From: Chiloscyllium plagiosum
Taxonomy: Eukaryota
Assembly: GCF_004010195.1 (NCBI RefSeq)
Contig: NC_057719.1
Coordinates: 72,429,961-72,470,268 of the forward strand
Length of the DNA: 40,308 bases
Direction: 5' to 3'
Positions 1 through 12,400 of this stretch are shown here, in pieces (within the stretch, counting starts at the first letter, position 1; each line of letters opens with the position of its first letter). Made by a program: the position numbers and the translations under genes. The notes beneath the pieces were generated by a model, which did not search any database, had not been told where the DNA came from, and saw only the letters and a list, made by a program, of their open reading frames with translations.

Positions 1-875
1 TAGTAAAAACTTACTAGTTTTAAAAAATATGCACGTTCCTCTGAGGAACTAAGACTTCACATACATAAAATGGGTTTTTCAGAACCTGAGAAGTGATTTG
101 TTGATAATTATGAATTAGTACACAGTTAAGCTCCAGTTGCACCTGATTGAACAAAATTCAACATTTTCATTGGTCATTATGGTGAAAACAATGTATAAAA
201 AGTTGAAACAAAGACCTTGTCCATTTTTGCAGGGTAAAATTGTTGATAATCAACACATATGCTTCCAAATATGAAAATGGTGTGCACGATGCATGAATCG
301 AGAATTTAAAGTCTGTTCTAATTGGCAGCTAGTACTAATGATACAATAAAGGTTGATTACAAAGATTCTTGCTATATCAGGAAGACTTTGGTTTGACAAG
401 AGCTAAAACCTGAGCAACGTTTAGATTTTGTGATAGAAATTGCAATCTTTTTGCCGATAACAACTCCGTAAATAACATATACATGCACATTGGTTTGGAA
501 AATGGAACATTAACAGTGGTGATAAACCTAGGTGTTTTACAAACCTACTTTGAAATGCAATAAGAAAGTACATCTCTTTTACATCAAACTTGTTTTTGCA
601 TCAGTACAATTCTACAGGAATTGTCTGATTTGTTAAATATAGCCTGTAGTCATATTGAAAAAGTATCGATGTAACTTTGCAAAGCAATTTTAAACCGTTT
701 GTGCTGGCATAGATCTTCCATCATGGAAAGCAACCTTGAATAAAGTATTTATTTGTGAAACTGAGTTAGTGTTTTGGCATTTGTCAAACTGCTACTCTGG
801 GATTTAGTGGTTGCAAAGTTTCCTGGAAATGTTTAGCTTGTGTGTTGTGGACTGACAAGTTTCTGTGTCCTTTAG

Positions 876-975
876 GTGGATGGGATTTTGACCCTGCTGT
901 TTGGTCTGAGCAGTATTAACACTTTGACAGCCATCAGCATCATCAGATACATCAAAGGCTGCAAACCGCATCAAG
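876..975 (+). CDS. Opn5/neuropsin-group non-visual opsin, internal coding exon (TM3-ICL2); earlier exons lie upstream of the window
   Basis: tttag|GTG acceptor and G|gtaaa donor. Translates VDGILTLLFGLSSINTLTAISIIRYIKGCKPHQ, an opsin TM3 with IRY in place of E/DRY. Phase-1 end matches the next exon. Not in the ORF track. Confidence 0.93.
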
Positions 976-1327
976 GTAAATCCTTCAGTGCCTCCACTAA
1001 ACAGCATTACCTAGTCTAATATTAACAGTTAAATATCCATAGTAGCACCTAGAATCATCAGAATAGCGTGATATATACGAGAGCTACTTCTGATAATCTT
1101 TACTCGCAGAAGTAGTGTGAATTCTAGTTGGTAGTACATTAAATTATTTTAAATAGCATATCAAATTGAAACAGAGAATTTCAAAGAAATTTTCTATGAT
1201 GAACAAGAACATTTGGTGACATTTTAAAATCAGCAAATTCAAAGTAGCAATATTATCTAACAACATAATCTTGCTCCAGGATATTGAACTGCTTGCCAAA
1301 GTATTGCTACAGCAGATGCAGACATCT

Positions 1328-1630
1328 GGGCGGCACAGTGGCACAGTGGTTAGCACTGCTGCCTCACAGCGCCAGAGACCACCTCAGGCATCTGTCTGTG
1401 TGGAGTTTGCACATTCTCCCCGTGTCTGTGTGGGTTTTCTCCGAGTGCTCCGGTTTCCTCCCACAGTCCAAAAATGTGCAGGCTAGGTTAATTGGCCATG
1501 CTAAATTGCCCATAGTGTTAGGTGAAGGAGTAAATGTAGGGGAATGGTTCTGGGTGGGTTGCTCTTCGGAGGGTCGGTGTGGACTTGTTGGGCTAAAGGG
1601 CCTGTTTCCACACTGTAAGTAATCTAATCT
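1328..1630 (+). mobile_element. HE1-type tRNA-derived shark SINE, B-box deleted
   Basis: GGGCGGCACAGTGGCACAGTGGTTAGCACTGCTGCCTCACAG head, central GTGTGGAGTTTGCACATTCTCCCCGTG domain and (TAATC)n tail. Highly similar to 16901-17226 except for loss of the GGGTTCAATTCCC segment. Confidence 0.9.
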
Positions 1631-1660
1631 GACAGGAAATTGTTTTCGGTCTCTCTACAG

Positions 1661-1765
1661 TTTACAGGGTTAACAAATCTAATGTTATACTGGCCTTGTC
1701 TATTGTGTGGCTGGCAGCTCTTTTCTGGTCTGCGACACCTCTTCTAGGATGGGGCAGTTACGCAG
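1661..1765 (+). CDS. Same opsin, coding exon (TM4 and start of ECL2)
   Basis: ctctctacag| acceptor and G|gtgag donor; 105 bp, phase 1/1. Translates (V)YRVNKSNVILALSIVWLAALFWSATPLLGWGSYA with the opsin PLLGWGSY motif. Confidence 0.94.
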
Positions 1766-2178
1766 GTGAGAACAGTGGGGGTGCAATGTTATGCTATGTT
1801 AAGATAACGTGATGCTTGTTCACAGTACAACTATTTGCATTTGTACCCCATTGGAATTTATTCTTGAAAAGATAGTGCTCACGTGCACAGGCAATTTTTG
1901 TGTACATAGTTTTGTTCGTGTTTTTCTTTCTTATTGTGAAAAGGCAATTATGTTGTTGATGTATCAACATCCTGAAATTCTTTACCTAAAACCATGTGAA
2001 TCTTTTTGTACAGTATAGCATGTTAGGAACAAAGGACTTCAGAGCAAGAATAGGCTGTTTGGCATTATGAGCCTGCTCTGCCACTCAGCATCATCATGAC
2101 TGATCTGACTGTGATCTCAATTCCACTTTTCCATTTGCCCCTCTAATCTTTAACAGCTTTGTTGATCAGAAATCTAGG

Positions 2179-3955
2179 TAGAGTCATAGAGACATCCAGC
2201 ATAGAAACAGACCCTTTAGTCCAACTCATCCATGCTGACCAGATATCCTAACCTAATCTAGTCCCAATTGCCAGCACTTGGCCCACATCCCTCTAAACCG
2301 TTCCTAGTCATATACCCATCCGGATGCCTTTTAAATGCTGTAAGACCATAAGACATAGGAGTGGAAGTAAGGCCATTCGGCCCATCGAGTCCACTCCACC
2401 ATTCAATCATGGCTGATGCGCATTTCAGCTCCACTTACCAGCGTTCTCCCCGTAGCCCTTAATTCCTCGAGACAACAAGAATCTATCAATCTCGGCCTTG
2501 AAGACATTTAGCGTCCTGGCTTCCACTGCACTCCGTGGCAATGAATACCACAGGCCCACCACTCTCTGGCTGAAGAAATGTCTCCGCATGTCTGTTCTGA
2601 AATGACCCCCTCTAATTCTAAGGCTGTGTCCACAGGTCCTAGTCTCCTCGTCTAACGGAAACAATTACCTTTTCCAAGCCATGTATTATTTTGTACGTCT
2701 CTATTAAGTCTCCCCTTAATCTTCTAAGCTCCAACGAATACAATCCCAGTATCCTCAGCCGTTCTTCATATGTTAGACCTGTCATTCCAGGGATCATCCG
2801 TGTGAATCTCCGCTGGACACGTTCCAGTGCCAGTATGTCCTTCCTGGGGTGTGGGGACCAAAACTGGACACAGTACTCCAAATGGGGCCTAACCAGAGCT
2901 TTATAATGTCTTAGTGGTACATCTCTGCTTTTATATTCCAACCCTCTTGAGATAAGAGACAACATTGCATTCGCTTTCTTAATCACGGACTCAACCTGCA
3001 TGTTTACCTTTAGAGAATCCTGGACTAGCACTCCCAGATCCCTTTGTGCTTTGGCTTTATTAATTTTCTCACCATTTAGAAAGTAGTCTATGCTTTTATT
3101 CTTTTTGCCAAAGTGCAAGACCTCGCACTTGCTCACGTTAAATTCCATCAGCCATTTCCTGGACCACTCTCCCAACCTGTCTAGTTCCTCAGTACTACCT
3201 GCCTGTCCACCTAACTTTGTATCATCGGCAAACTTCGCTAGAATGCTCCCGGTTCCCTCATCCAAATCATTAATATATATTGCGAACAGCTGTGGCCCCA
3301 GCACCGAACCTTGCGGGACACCGCTCGTCACCGGCTGGCATTCTGAAAAAGAACCTTTTATCCCAATTCTCTGCCTTCTGTTAGACAGCCAATCCTCAAT
3401 CCATCCCAGCAGCTCACCTCGAACACCATGGGCCCTCACCTTGCTCAGCAGCCTCCCGTGTGGCACCTTATCAAAGGCCTTTTGAAAGTCTAGATAGACC
3501 ACATCCACTGGGTTTCCCTGGTCTAACTTACTTGTTACCTCTTCAAAAAATTCCAACAGGTTTGTCAGGCATGAATTGTAATAGCCTCCATCACTTCCTC
3601 TAGCAGCTCATTCTATACATACCTCACCCGCTATGTGAAAAAGTTGTCCCTTAGGTCCCTTTTATATCTTTCCCCTCTCACCCTAAACCTATGCCCTCTT
3701 GTTCTGGACTCCCCCACCCCAGGGATAAGAACTTGTCTATTTACCCTATTCATACCACACAGAATTTTATAAACTTCTATAAAGTCATCCCTCAGCCTAC
3801 AACACTCCAGGGAAAATGGCCCCAGTTTATTCAGCTCCTCCAACCCTGGCAACATCCTTGTAAATCTTTTCTGAACCCTTTCAAGTTTCACAACATCCTT
3901 CCTACTGCAGGGAGACCAGAATTGCACACAATATTCCAAAAGTGGCCTAATCACT
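2179..3955 (-). mobile_element. CR1 LINE 3' fragment (pieces 2179-2341 and 3573-3955) split by a younger CR1
   Basis: ORF 3631-3954 gives the CR1 RT C-terminus (RPLLEYCVQFWSP...TRGHRFRV). Tail tagagtcatagag at 2179. Sequence ttaaatgctg/aattgta resumes across the insertion, as in the intact relative at 38711-39090. Confidence 0.85.
2342..3572 (-). mobile_element. Young 5'-truncated CR1 LINE (reverse transcriptase region)
   Basis: 305-aa ORF 2639-3556 with [31 protein letters not shown] and RPHLEYCVQFWSP; continues in ORF 2425-2664; tail aagaccataagacatag. Confidence 0.95.
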
Positions 3956-6324
3956 GAATTGCTTCAGTTGCCTGCTATACTTCCTACCCATATTCAGCTC
4001 CATTCACTTCAATGGTACCAAATATCCAGCTGATGGTGAAACAGTCAGCTGAAGGGATACATAGTTTCTGTTCTTTTACCCAAGACAACTTCTAACCAAA
4101 TGAGTTTTAGAAATTAATTGCAAATACAAGTTAGGAAAAAGATAAAACTGAAAGTTCCAGAGTTTTATTTTATAAAGACATACCTTTAACTGCTGGGATG
4201 GATAGAAGCATTTCAGGAAACAATATGAATGACAAAATTAAAGTCTTCTTTTACTTCCTACACTTACATTTGAATCTAAACCAATAAGGGTAAAATGCTG
4301 AGCTCTTATTTTCTCTGCTATAAAGATTGAGTTCCATGAAGTCAGCCTGATTATGGTTCCCATTTGATGTGTCAACTGTACCAACTTTCCAACAATTCAG
4401 TATTAACTAAGAGATTTGCTCTGAGGGAGCCCTAAGGAAGCCCATTTTCCAGCATGGCATGATAACTTGACCAGTGGTACTGATTACCTGGAGAGTGATT
4501 GGAATGTAGTTCTCACACTCCCAGGCTATAATTGAAATGAATAGCATGGATACGTTTAAGTTGAAACTTGATAACACATAAAGGTGAAGAGTATAGAAAG
4601 AGATGTTGTGCTAATGAAAAATATTAATGTGGATCTTGAACAGTGGGCTGAATCTTTTGAGCCAAATTGATTATTTCTGTGCCATAAATATTATATAATG
4701 TCACAGTATGGAGTGGTTTGCTGATATCTGTGACACACCTCACTGAATTCTGCTCTATTTCAATATTTAACTCATTTTGCAGCTAATACTGAGAAAAGAC
4801 ATATATATTTTGGGAAGTTCTTTCCTGTCAGAGGAGCAAACTGACACCCAAGAGGATTCTGTAAAGAAGTATATTAAATACAATTAATAGCACAAATTTT
4901 AATTGGTCAACTTATTTTTCAAGAGTATTTTCAATCAATTATGAGAAGGATTAGTCTCTTTTTCCTTTGTTTATCTTACTCTTCTGTGAAGTGCTTTCCA
5001 TATTAACAGCACTATATCAAATGCAGGTTGTTATTGTTACAATGACCCCTATGTTCTGCAAATTCATTATTGTGTAGGATATGGCCACTCAAATAATGTG
5101 CTCTAGAAGATAAGTATTTGTGGCATCTGTGTGTCTTCACAGTTCTACGCTGTGCCACAAAACATGACACTCAAATAGGAATTTTACTATATTATAATTT
5201 CTGATCTATAGTCAACCTGGTTTATCCCCGGGATATATTTAAACAATTATATGATCTGGAATTGGCTTAGGAGTAATTTGACGCAGTAAAGAAAAAAGAA
5301 GTTCCGCTTCCCAGCACTGGTATTCTTTGCCAAAAGATTTTAATAAAACCTCACAAAAAGACAGACATTAAATACCACCCCACCAGGAAATGAATAATGG
5401 AGCAAAGTAATTTCCCATTCATGTAAATACATTAGCAATAGGAGTTGGAGCATGTCCTTCAGTCCTGTTCCACCATTCAGCGTGATGTTGGCCAATCTTC
5501 TACCTTAACTCCACCTTCACTCACTATTCCCTTGATTCCAGATTTCGACAAAGCTATCAATCTCTGTCTTGAATATATTCCCTATCCTTACAACTTTCAC
5601 ATGGCCCATAGGACTTTCGTTACCCAAAATTCGACTGTCCAAAAATCAAAATGATCTGAAAAACAGATATTTTACTCTTAAGAGCTCAGAGTGCCAGAAA
5701 TATCATTCAACCATTTGTTTATCTGTCCATTCACACATTCATAATCACCCCATACATACATCTATTCAGAAAACCAACAGTTTCAACAAGCTCCTGCAAT
5801 CATTAGAATTTTTGATAATTGGAGCAAAAATATGGGTTTTCACATGGGCCCTAAAGTTTTACAACTTTGATGTAATAAGTTCAAATATATAGCTAGTTAT
5901 ATTGTTAGAAGGGAGGTCCAATATCCTTTTTCTGACAGGCAGTGTGGTATTCTAATTTACAAGCTCTGGTTTGAGTGCATTGTACTGTTTAAGATCTATC
6001 TTCGCCTACTCTCCAGGCACAACGTTGTCTGTTCCACTGGCAAGATCATCCAAAATCCAGGAAAATCCAGAATCCAGTGTGGGCTCAGTCCTGGGGCTGC
6101 CAGATTTTGGATGTGAACCATTAAGTAACTTGTTGTAAATTGAAGTTATTTTTTGATAGTAACTTCAAATGTAGAAAGAAACAGATTTTGTGTTGCATAA
6201 TTACATCAGAAAGGGAATTCTGTGCTTCAATTTTTAATGTAAAATTAAATTATTAAAAAGAAAAATAAATATTACAATTGACTATGATGACAGACTCAAA
6301 GTGGCCTTAGTACTGTGTCATTAG

Positions 6325-6710
6325 TATTGGTGTAGTGGCACGTCATAAGACCAGGAATCTTGAGACTCAGGTTAATGCCCTGGCAACATGAGTTACAGCC
6401 CCACCATGGTAGCTGGTGAGATTTAAATTCAAATAATAAAATAAATCAGGAATTGAAAGGCAACCTTGGGTAATGATGACAATGAAACTAGTTTCAATTG
6501 TTAAAAATTAATATCCTATAGGAAAGGATACTACTACTATCCCTACGTGGTCTGATCTACATGAGACTCCAGATGCACAGAAATCTGATTGACTCTTAAC
6601 TGTTCTCTGAAAGAACCCGACAAGGCAATATGTTTCGAGGACAGTTGGGGAGGGACAGCAAAATTTAGTCTTGCCAACTACACCCTTAAACCATCAAAGA
6701 TTGATGAAAG
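6325..6710 (+). mobile_element. Decayed shark tRNA-SINE (related copies near 13760-14190 +, 27070-27280 +, 39095-39220 -)
   Basis: Shared core CCTTACCTGGTCTGGCCTACATGTGACTCCAGACCCACAGCAATGTGGTTGACTCTTAACTG recognisable in degenerate form in all copies. Confidence 0.65.
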
Positions 6711-7010
6711 AAAATCCATGTATTTAGAATGCATATGAAGAAATGCTATGTTTTTAAACCATTTTCTTTTATTTTGTTCTATTTTACTATTTTTCTTTTT
6801 TCCACTTTGTTTCTTTACATTTTGTCTTTTTTTCTCCATGAACAAAATTCCATAACCACTGGTTTCCAGAAGAAGCTACACTGCCATAGAGCCACTTGGA
6901 GAATTACATTTACACTGTTGTTCCTTAGACCTTCACAACCTTTTCGGTATAGCGTCTTATTTGGAGTGACAGTACAGAATAATCACCATAAACTCAAATT
7001 CAATTACTAT

Positions 7011-7258
7011 TCATAGAATCCCTATAGTGTGGAAAGAGGCCATTTGGCCCAACAAGTCCACACTGACCCTCTGAACAGTAACCCACCCAGACCCAATTCC
7101 CCTACTACTCTACATTTACCCCTAACTAATGCACCTAACCTAGACATCCCTGAATACTATGGGCAATTTAGCATGGCCAATTCACCTAAACTATACATCT
7201 TTGGATTGTAGGAGGAAACCCATGCAGACACAGGGAGAACATGCAAACTCCACACACA
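7011..7258 (-). mobile_element. HE1-type SINE, 5'-truncated
   Basis: Reverse complement of the central and 3' parts of the SINE at 24026-24507. Confidence 0.85.
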
Positions 7259-8118
7259 TTCTTTTCTCTTGAGCTTGATTTTGACTTCTGAGATTATCCT
7301 CTGCTACAAACTGGCATTGTGCACCAAACTTGTTGTTAACTCCAAACTTTTATCTGATTCTGCGTTAATGACAACTGCAAACCTGTGGTGGGCTGACAGT
7401 TTGGGACAATTGGATGATGTTACCTGAATAACACTGTTGTGTTGCCTGGTTTATTCAGCTGGACAAGTAGGAACAGTTGGCACTTAAAGAAAATGAAAAC
7501 GAAAAATAAGTGCATGCTCACAGGATGAAGTGTTGGTGATGCAATTACTGCTATGTAACTGATAATCTAAAGCCGCTGGGGTTGGACAAAACTGTTTTGT
7601 TGTCAGCCGTAAAGTACCTTCAACTTGAGACAAGCACTTCATTTCTCATTTCTGCTTTCAGTTTATTGTAGCATCCAAAACAACATTTCCCACTTGACCA
7701 TTGACTGAGGCCAACTTCTATTTTATTTTGGCACACTGATCATAAATCTGCAATGATTACGAGCCAGATTAATGTAGTAAAAACACAAAAGAAAGACTTG
7801 GAGTTACATACCACAACCTCCAAAAGCAATTTTAAAGTGTCACTCTTTCAATGTGGAAAAGATCAATGTTTGTAATTTGTTTGCAACTTTTATAATGCTT
7901 CCATCATCAAAAAAGAATGCTGTTTTTTCCCGTACATTTAAGTAAAGTTGTAAGAGCCAGTTTGATGGTTTTATACTTCATCAGAAAACACATGATTGGA
8001 AATTGTAGGCATGCAGCTTGAGATGTTCTATAGAAAAAGTGAGAAATTTGAGAGCTTGCATACCTAACATTTCCTGAAATATGTTAACCCTAAACTCTCT
8101 GCTGTCAGTTCTAGATTA

Positions 8119-8152
8119 ATCGACGTTTCAGGCATAAGCCCTTCTTCAGGAT
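8119..8152 (-). ncRNA. Minimal type-I hammerhead ribozyme motif
   Basis: Minus strand reads AUC-CUGAAGA-A-GGGC(UUAU)GCCU-GAAA-C-GUC-GAU: full core, stem II closed by a G-U pair, 3-bp stem I, palindromic ACGU in place of stem III. Confidence 0.7.
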
Positions 8153-8259
8153 GCCCAAAACATCGATTCTCCTGTTCCCTGGATGCTGCCTGACCTGCGC
8201 TTTTCCAGCAACACATTTTCAGCTCTGATCTCCAGCATCTGCAGACCTCACTTTCTCCC
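8120..8259. mobile_element. Short Penelope-like pseudo-LTR insertion with internal inversion
   Basis: Perfect 14-bp TSD CAGTTCTAGATTAA (8106-8119, 8260-8273). An inverted hammerhead-bearing segment is followed by the forward pLTR 3' part. Same family as 24294-24427, 35609-35727 and 40125-40308. Confidence 0.85.
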
Positions 8260-8309
8260 CAGTTCTAGATTAAACCTTATTAATAATATTGATGACGGCA
8301 TTTTGGAAC

Positions 8310-9260
8310 CATTGAATCATTAAAAAATAACAGTACAAAAGGAGGCCATTTAGCCCATTGCTCCAGCTGAATACACTAGCCATTTATTCTAATCCCATTT
8401 TCCCACACCCAGTCTATAACTTTACAGGTTGCAACACTTCAAGCACAGATCCATATTCTTTCCAAAGGAATTGAAGGTTTCTGCCTAAATCACCAAAGTG
8501 GGCTGCACATCCAGATAATCACAGTTCTCTGGTGAAAAGGTTTTTCCTCATACCACTTCTAATCCTTCCGAAAATTAACTTATATCTATGGCCCTAGTAA
8601 TTTACCTCTCTAGTAAAGGAAATGGGTCCATCCTATTCCACTCAACTCAAGCCCCCTGTTATTTGTACAACTCAATTAAGTCACTCCTCCACTTCTCTGC
8701 TCTCTAGCGACTCTAGTTTATCCAATTTTTATGGCATCTACAAATTTCCCAATCATGCCCCCACATCTAAGACTAAATTGTTAATATATACCATAAACAG
8801 CAAGAAACCCAGCACCAACAAGAGCACCACTGGATACCGCTTTCAATTTGCAAAAGCATCTGTCAACCATTATCATTTGTTTCTTGTCACTGAACTCATT
8901 ACATTCCTCCATATCTCATGGGCTTTAATTTTTCTGTCCAGTCTGCCTTGTAGCAGCTTGTCCCATGCCTTACTAAAACCCATATAGACAACATCCACTA
9001 CACTGCCCTCATCAGTCCTCCTTATTACTTCCTCAGAAATTAAGTTCACTTCGTGAGACATGATATTTCTTAACAAAATTATGCCTATCATCCCAGGTTA
9101 ATCCTTGCCTATCCAAATAACGGATAAGATTGGGCAGTGCCTCTTAGTATTGATCATAGTAATTTGCCCATCACTGAGTCCATTTGACCAGCCCATCATT
9201 TTTTTGGTCTACACTTTGCTTCCTTTTTAAATAATGATACAACATTTGCTGCCCTTAATC
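8310..9260 (-). mobile_element. Old degraded CR1 LINE fragments
   Basis: ORF 8873-9091 (DEGSVVDVVYMGFSKAWDK) is a decayed RT motif; CR1-like 3' UTR at about 8310-8560. Confidence 0.75.
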
Positions 9261-9406
9261 CCTCTATTGGCCTGTTCTAGTGAGAGCATGTCGACAACTT
9301 TCATAGTCCACTTTGGAAACCAGTAAGAATATTACAAGTATGTATATGAATTTGGTGTGTTAATTAATAGGTTATGATAGAGACAGAATTTGACAAATTC
9401 ATGAGA

Positions 9407-12400
9407 TAGAGTCATAGACTCCTACAGCATGGAGACAGGCTCTTCAACCAAAATGTCCATCCACGCTAACTCAATTTCCCTGCACTTGGCTCAAATCCTT
9501 CCAAACCTTTCCTATCTAAATTGTATTGTCCAAATGTCTTTTAAATGTTGTTAATGTACCCCCCTCAACCCCTTCAGTTGGCAGCTCATTCCATGTACGT
9601 ACCACCCTCTGTGTAAGAAAGTTGCCTCTCAGATTCCCATTTATTCTTTCCCCTCTAATCTTAAAACGATGCCCTCTTCTCTTGAATTCCCCAATTCCCT
9701 GGGAAAAAGACTAAGTGAATTCACCCTAAACATGCCTGTCATAATCTTATACATTTCTATAAGATCCCCCTTCAATCTGCTATGCTCTAAAGGAAAAAGT
9801 CCTAGCTTGTCCTACCTCTTCCTATAACTCAGTCCCTTGATTCCTATCAACATCCTTATAAATATCTTCTGCACTCTTTCCAGTTTAATAATATTCTTCC
9901 AATAGCAAGGTGAACAAAACTGAACACAATATATTCAGTTCTGCGATAACACGTTTTTAGACTGTTATTTGCAGAATGCGAACCATCCTGACCTGTATTG
10001 GCTATAACTCAATTTTTGGTTCCATTACTTTAGATAGCGCAGCTATTGCACAATTCTCTTATAATGCAAGATTGCACAAGAATGTGATTATCGTGTTATA
10101 TCAAAACTGACTGTACTCCAAGTGCGGCCTCACCAATGTCCTGTACAACTGCAATATTACTTCCCAAATTCTTTATCCAATGCCTTAACTGATGAAGGCC
10201 ACTGTGCCAAAAGCCTCCTTCACTGCCCTATCTACCTGTGACTCCACTTTCAGAGAACCATGAAGCTGAACTCCAAGGTCCCTCTGTTCCACTACACTCC
10301 TTAAAGCCCTACCATTCACCATGAAACTCTTATCTTGATTTTACTTTCCAAAGTGCAAGACCTCACACTTATCTATATTAAACGCCATTTGCCAATCCTT
10401 AGCCCACGTCCCTATCTGATCAAGGTTCTGCTGCAATTTCTGATAACCTTCCACACTGACCACGATACCACCTATTTAAGTGCCATCTGCAAACTTACTA
10501 ACATTCGCATCCAAATCATTGATATGGATAACAAACAGCAATGGTCCCAGCACTGACCCCTGAGGTACACCACTAGTCACAGGCCTCCAGTCCAACAAGC
10601 ATCTTTCCACTATTATCCTCTGCTTCCTGCCATCAAGCCAATTGTGTATCCAATTTGCCAGCTCTCCATGGATTCCATGCAACCTGACCTTCCAGAGCAG
10701 CCTACCATGAGAAACCTTATCAAAGGCCTTAATGAAATCCATATACATCACACCTACTGCCCTGCCCTCATCAACCTTCCTGGTCACTTCATCAAAAAAC
10801 TCTAACATATTTCTGAGGCATGATCTCCCACTCACAAAGCCATGCTGAATATTCCTAAATCAAATCCTGTCTTTCCAAATGCATGTATATCTTATCCCTC
10901 AGAATCTTCTCAAGTAAATTACCTACCACAGATATCCTTTTTCTTTGCAGTCCTCCTTGAATAAGGCCACAACATTTGTACCTCCAGTCTTCTAGGACCT
11001 CACCCTTGGCTAACAATGATGCAAATATATCCACCAGGGCTCCTGCAATTTATTCTTGCAGGGTTCTTGGTTATATCTGGTCAGGACTAGGAGATTATCC
11101 ACTTTCATAGATTCTAATACATCCAAGATCTCTCTACTATGATATGGACTGTCCCTAAGATATCACCACTCACTTCCCCAAGTTCCCAAATCTTTATTTC
11201 TTCCTCCACAGAAAACATAGAAGAGAAATATTCATTGAGGACCTCACCTATCCCCTGTGGTTCCACAAGTACTTGTCAACTTTGGTCCTTGAGGGCCCCT
11301 ATTCTCTATCTCTAGTTAATCTTTGTCCTTTAATATACTTCAAGAGTCTCTTTGGATTCACCATAATCTTCTCAGCCAAAGGTACCTTGTGCCCCCTTGT
11401 CACCCTCCTGATTTCCTTCTTCAGTATTCCTTCGATGCTTCCATGGGTTCCATTGATCCCAGCTCCCTGTACCTGAGCCATGCTTCCTTCTTTTTTCTGA
11501 TCAAATCCTCAATATCTCTTGTCATCCAGGGTTCTCTACTGCTACCAACCTTGCCCTTCACCCTCACAGGAACATATAGACCTTGAACATTAGCTATCTC
11601 ACTTTTAAAGGCCTCTGATTTGCCAGATGTCCCTTTACCTGCAAACAAACTACTGCAATCAACCCCTGCAAGCTCCAATCTGATTCGCCTTGCCCCAGTT
11701 TAGAACTTGAACCTGTGAATTAGTTTTGTCCCTCTCCATATCTATTTTAAATATCCCCCACTGTCACCTCAGACAATGGCCTTGCCCAGTCTCCCAAGAG
11801 TAGATTGAGATTTGCCACTTCCCAAGTAAGCCCCTCTCCATACTGCTTGAGGAAACTTTCCTGAATACACTTAATAAATTTCACCCCATCTAAGCCCATA
11901 ATGCTATGGCAGTCCCAGTCAATGTTAGGAAAATTAAAATTCCCTACAACAACACTATTGCTCCTGCAAGTCTCCCCAGTCTCCCTGCATATTTGTTCCT
12001 CTAATTCCCATTGACTATTTGGGGGCCTATAATATATCAACACCCTCTTCTTATTTCTTAGGTCCACCCACAAAGCCTTCAATTATTTCATCTCTGATTA
12101 CTGCTGTGATACTCGCCTTAATCAAAAATGCAACTCCCCCTCCTCTCTTTCCACCACCTCTATCCCACCTAAAGCACCTGTACCTTGGTACATTAAGCTG
12201 CCAGTCCTGTCTCTCCCTCAGCCGTTTTTCTGTAGTGGCTAAAATATCCCAGTCCCAAGTACCTATCCACACCCTGAGTTCAACAGCCTTCTGTTAGCCC
12301 TCTTGCATTGAAATAAATGCAATTTAATACAAAGGCTTTCCTTGCTCCCTGTCATATTCCAGTCTGACCTGTCTCTTCAACTTGTTATTTCTGACGACTG

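Noticed and set aside
804..1007. 67-aa minus-strand ORF
   Set aside because: Antisense to the real opsin exon at 876-975.
1271..1622. ORFs of 71 and 112 aa (and similar ones at 17013-17210 and 24019-24490)
   Set aside because: Translations of HE1 SINE and pLTR sequence, repeated elsewhere in the window.
2691..3485. Plus-strand ORFs 2691-2906 and 3090-3485
   Set aside because: Antisense shadows of the CR1 reverse-transcriptase frame.
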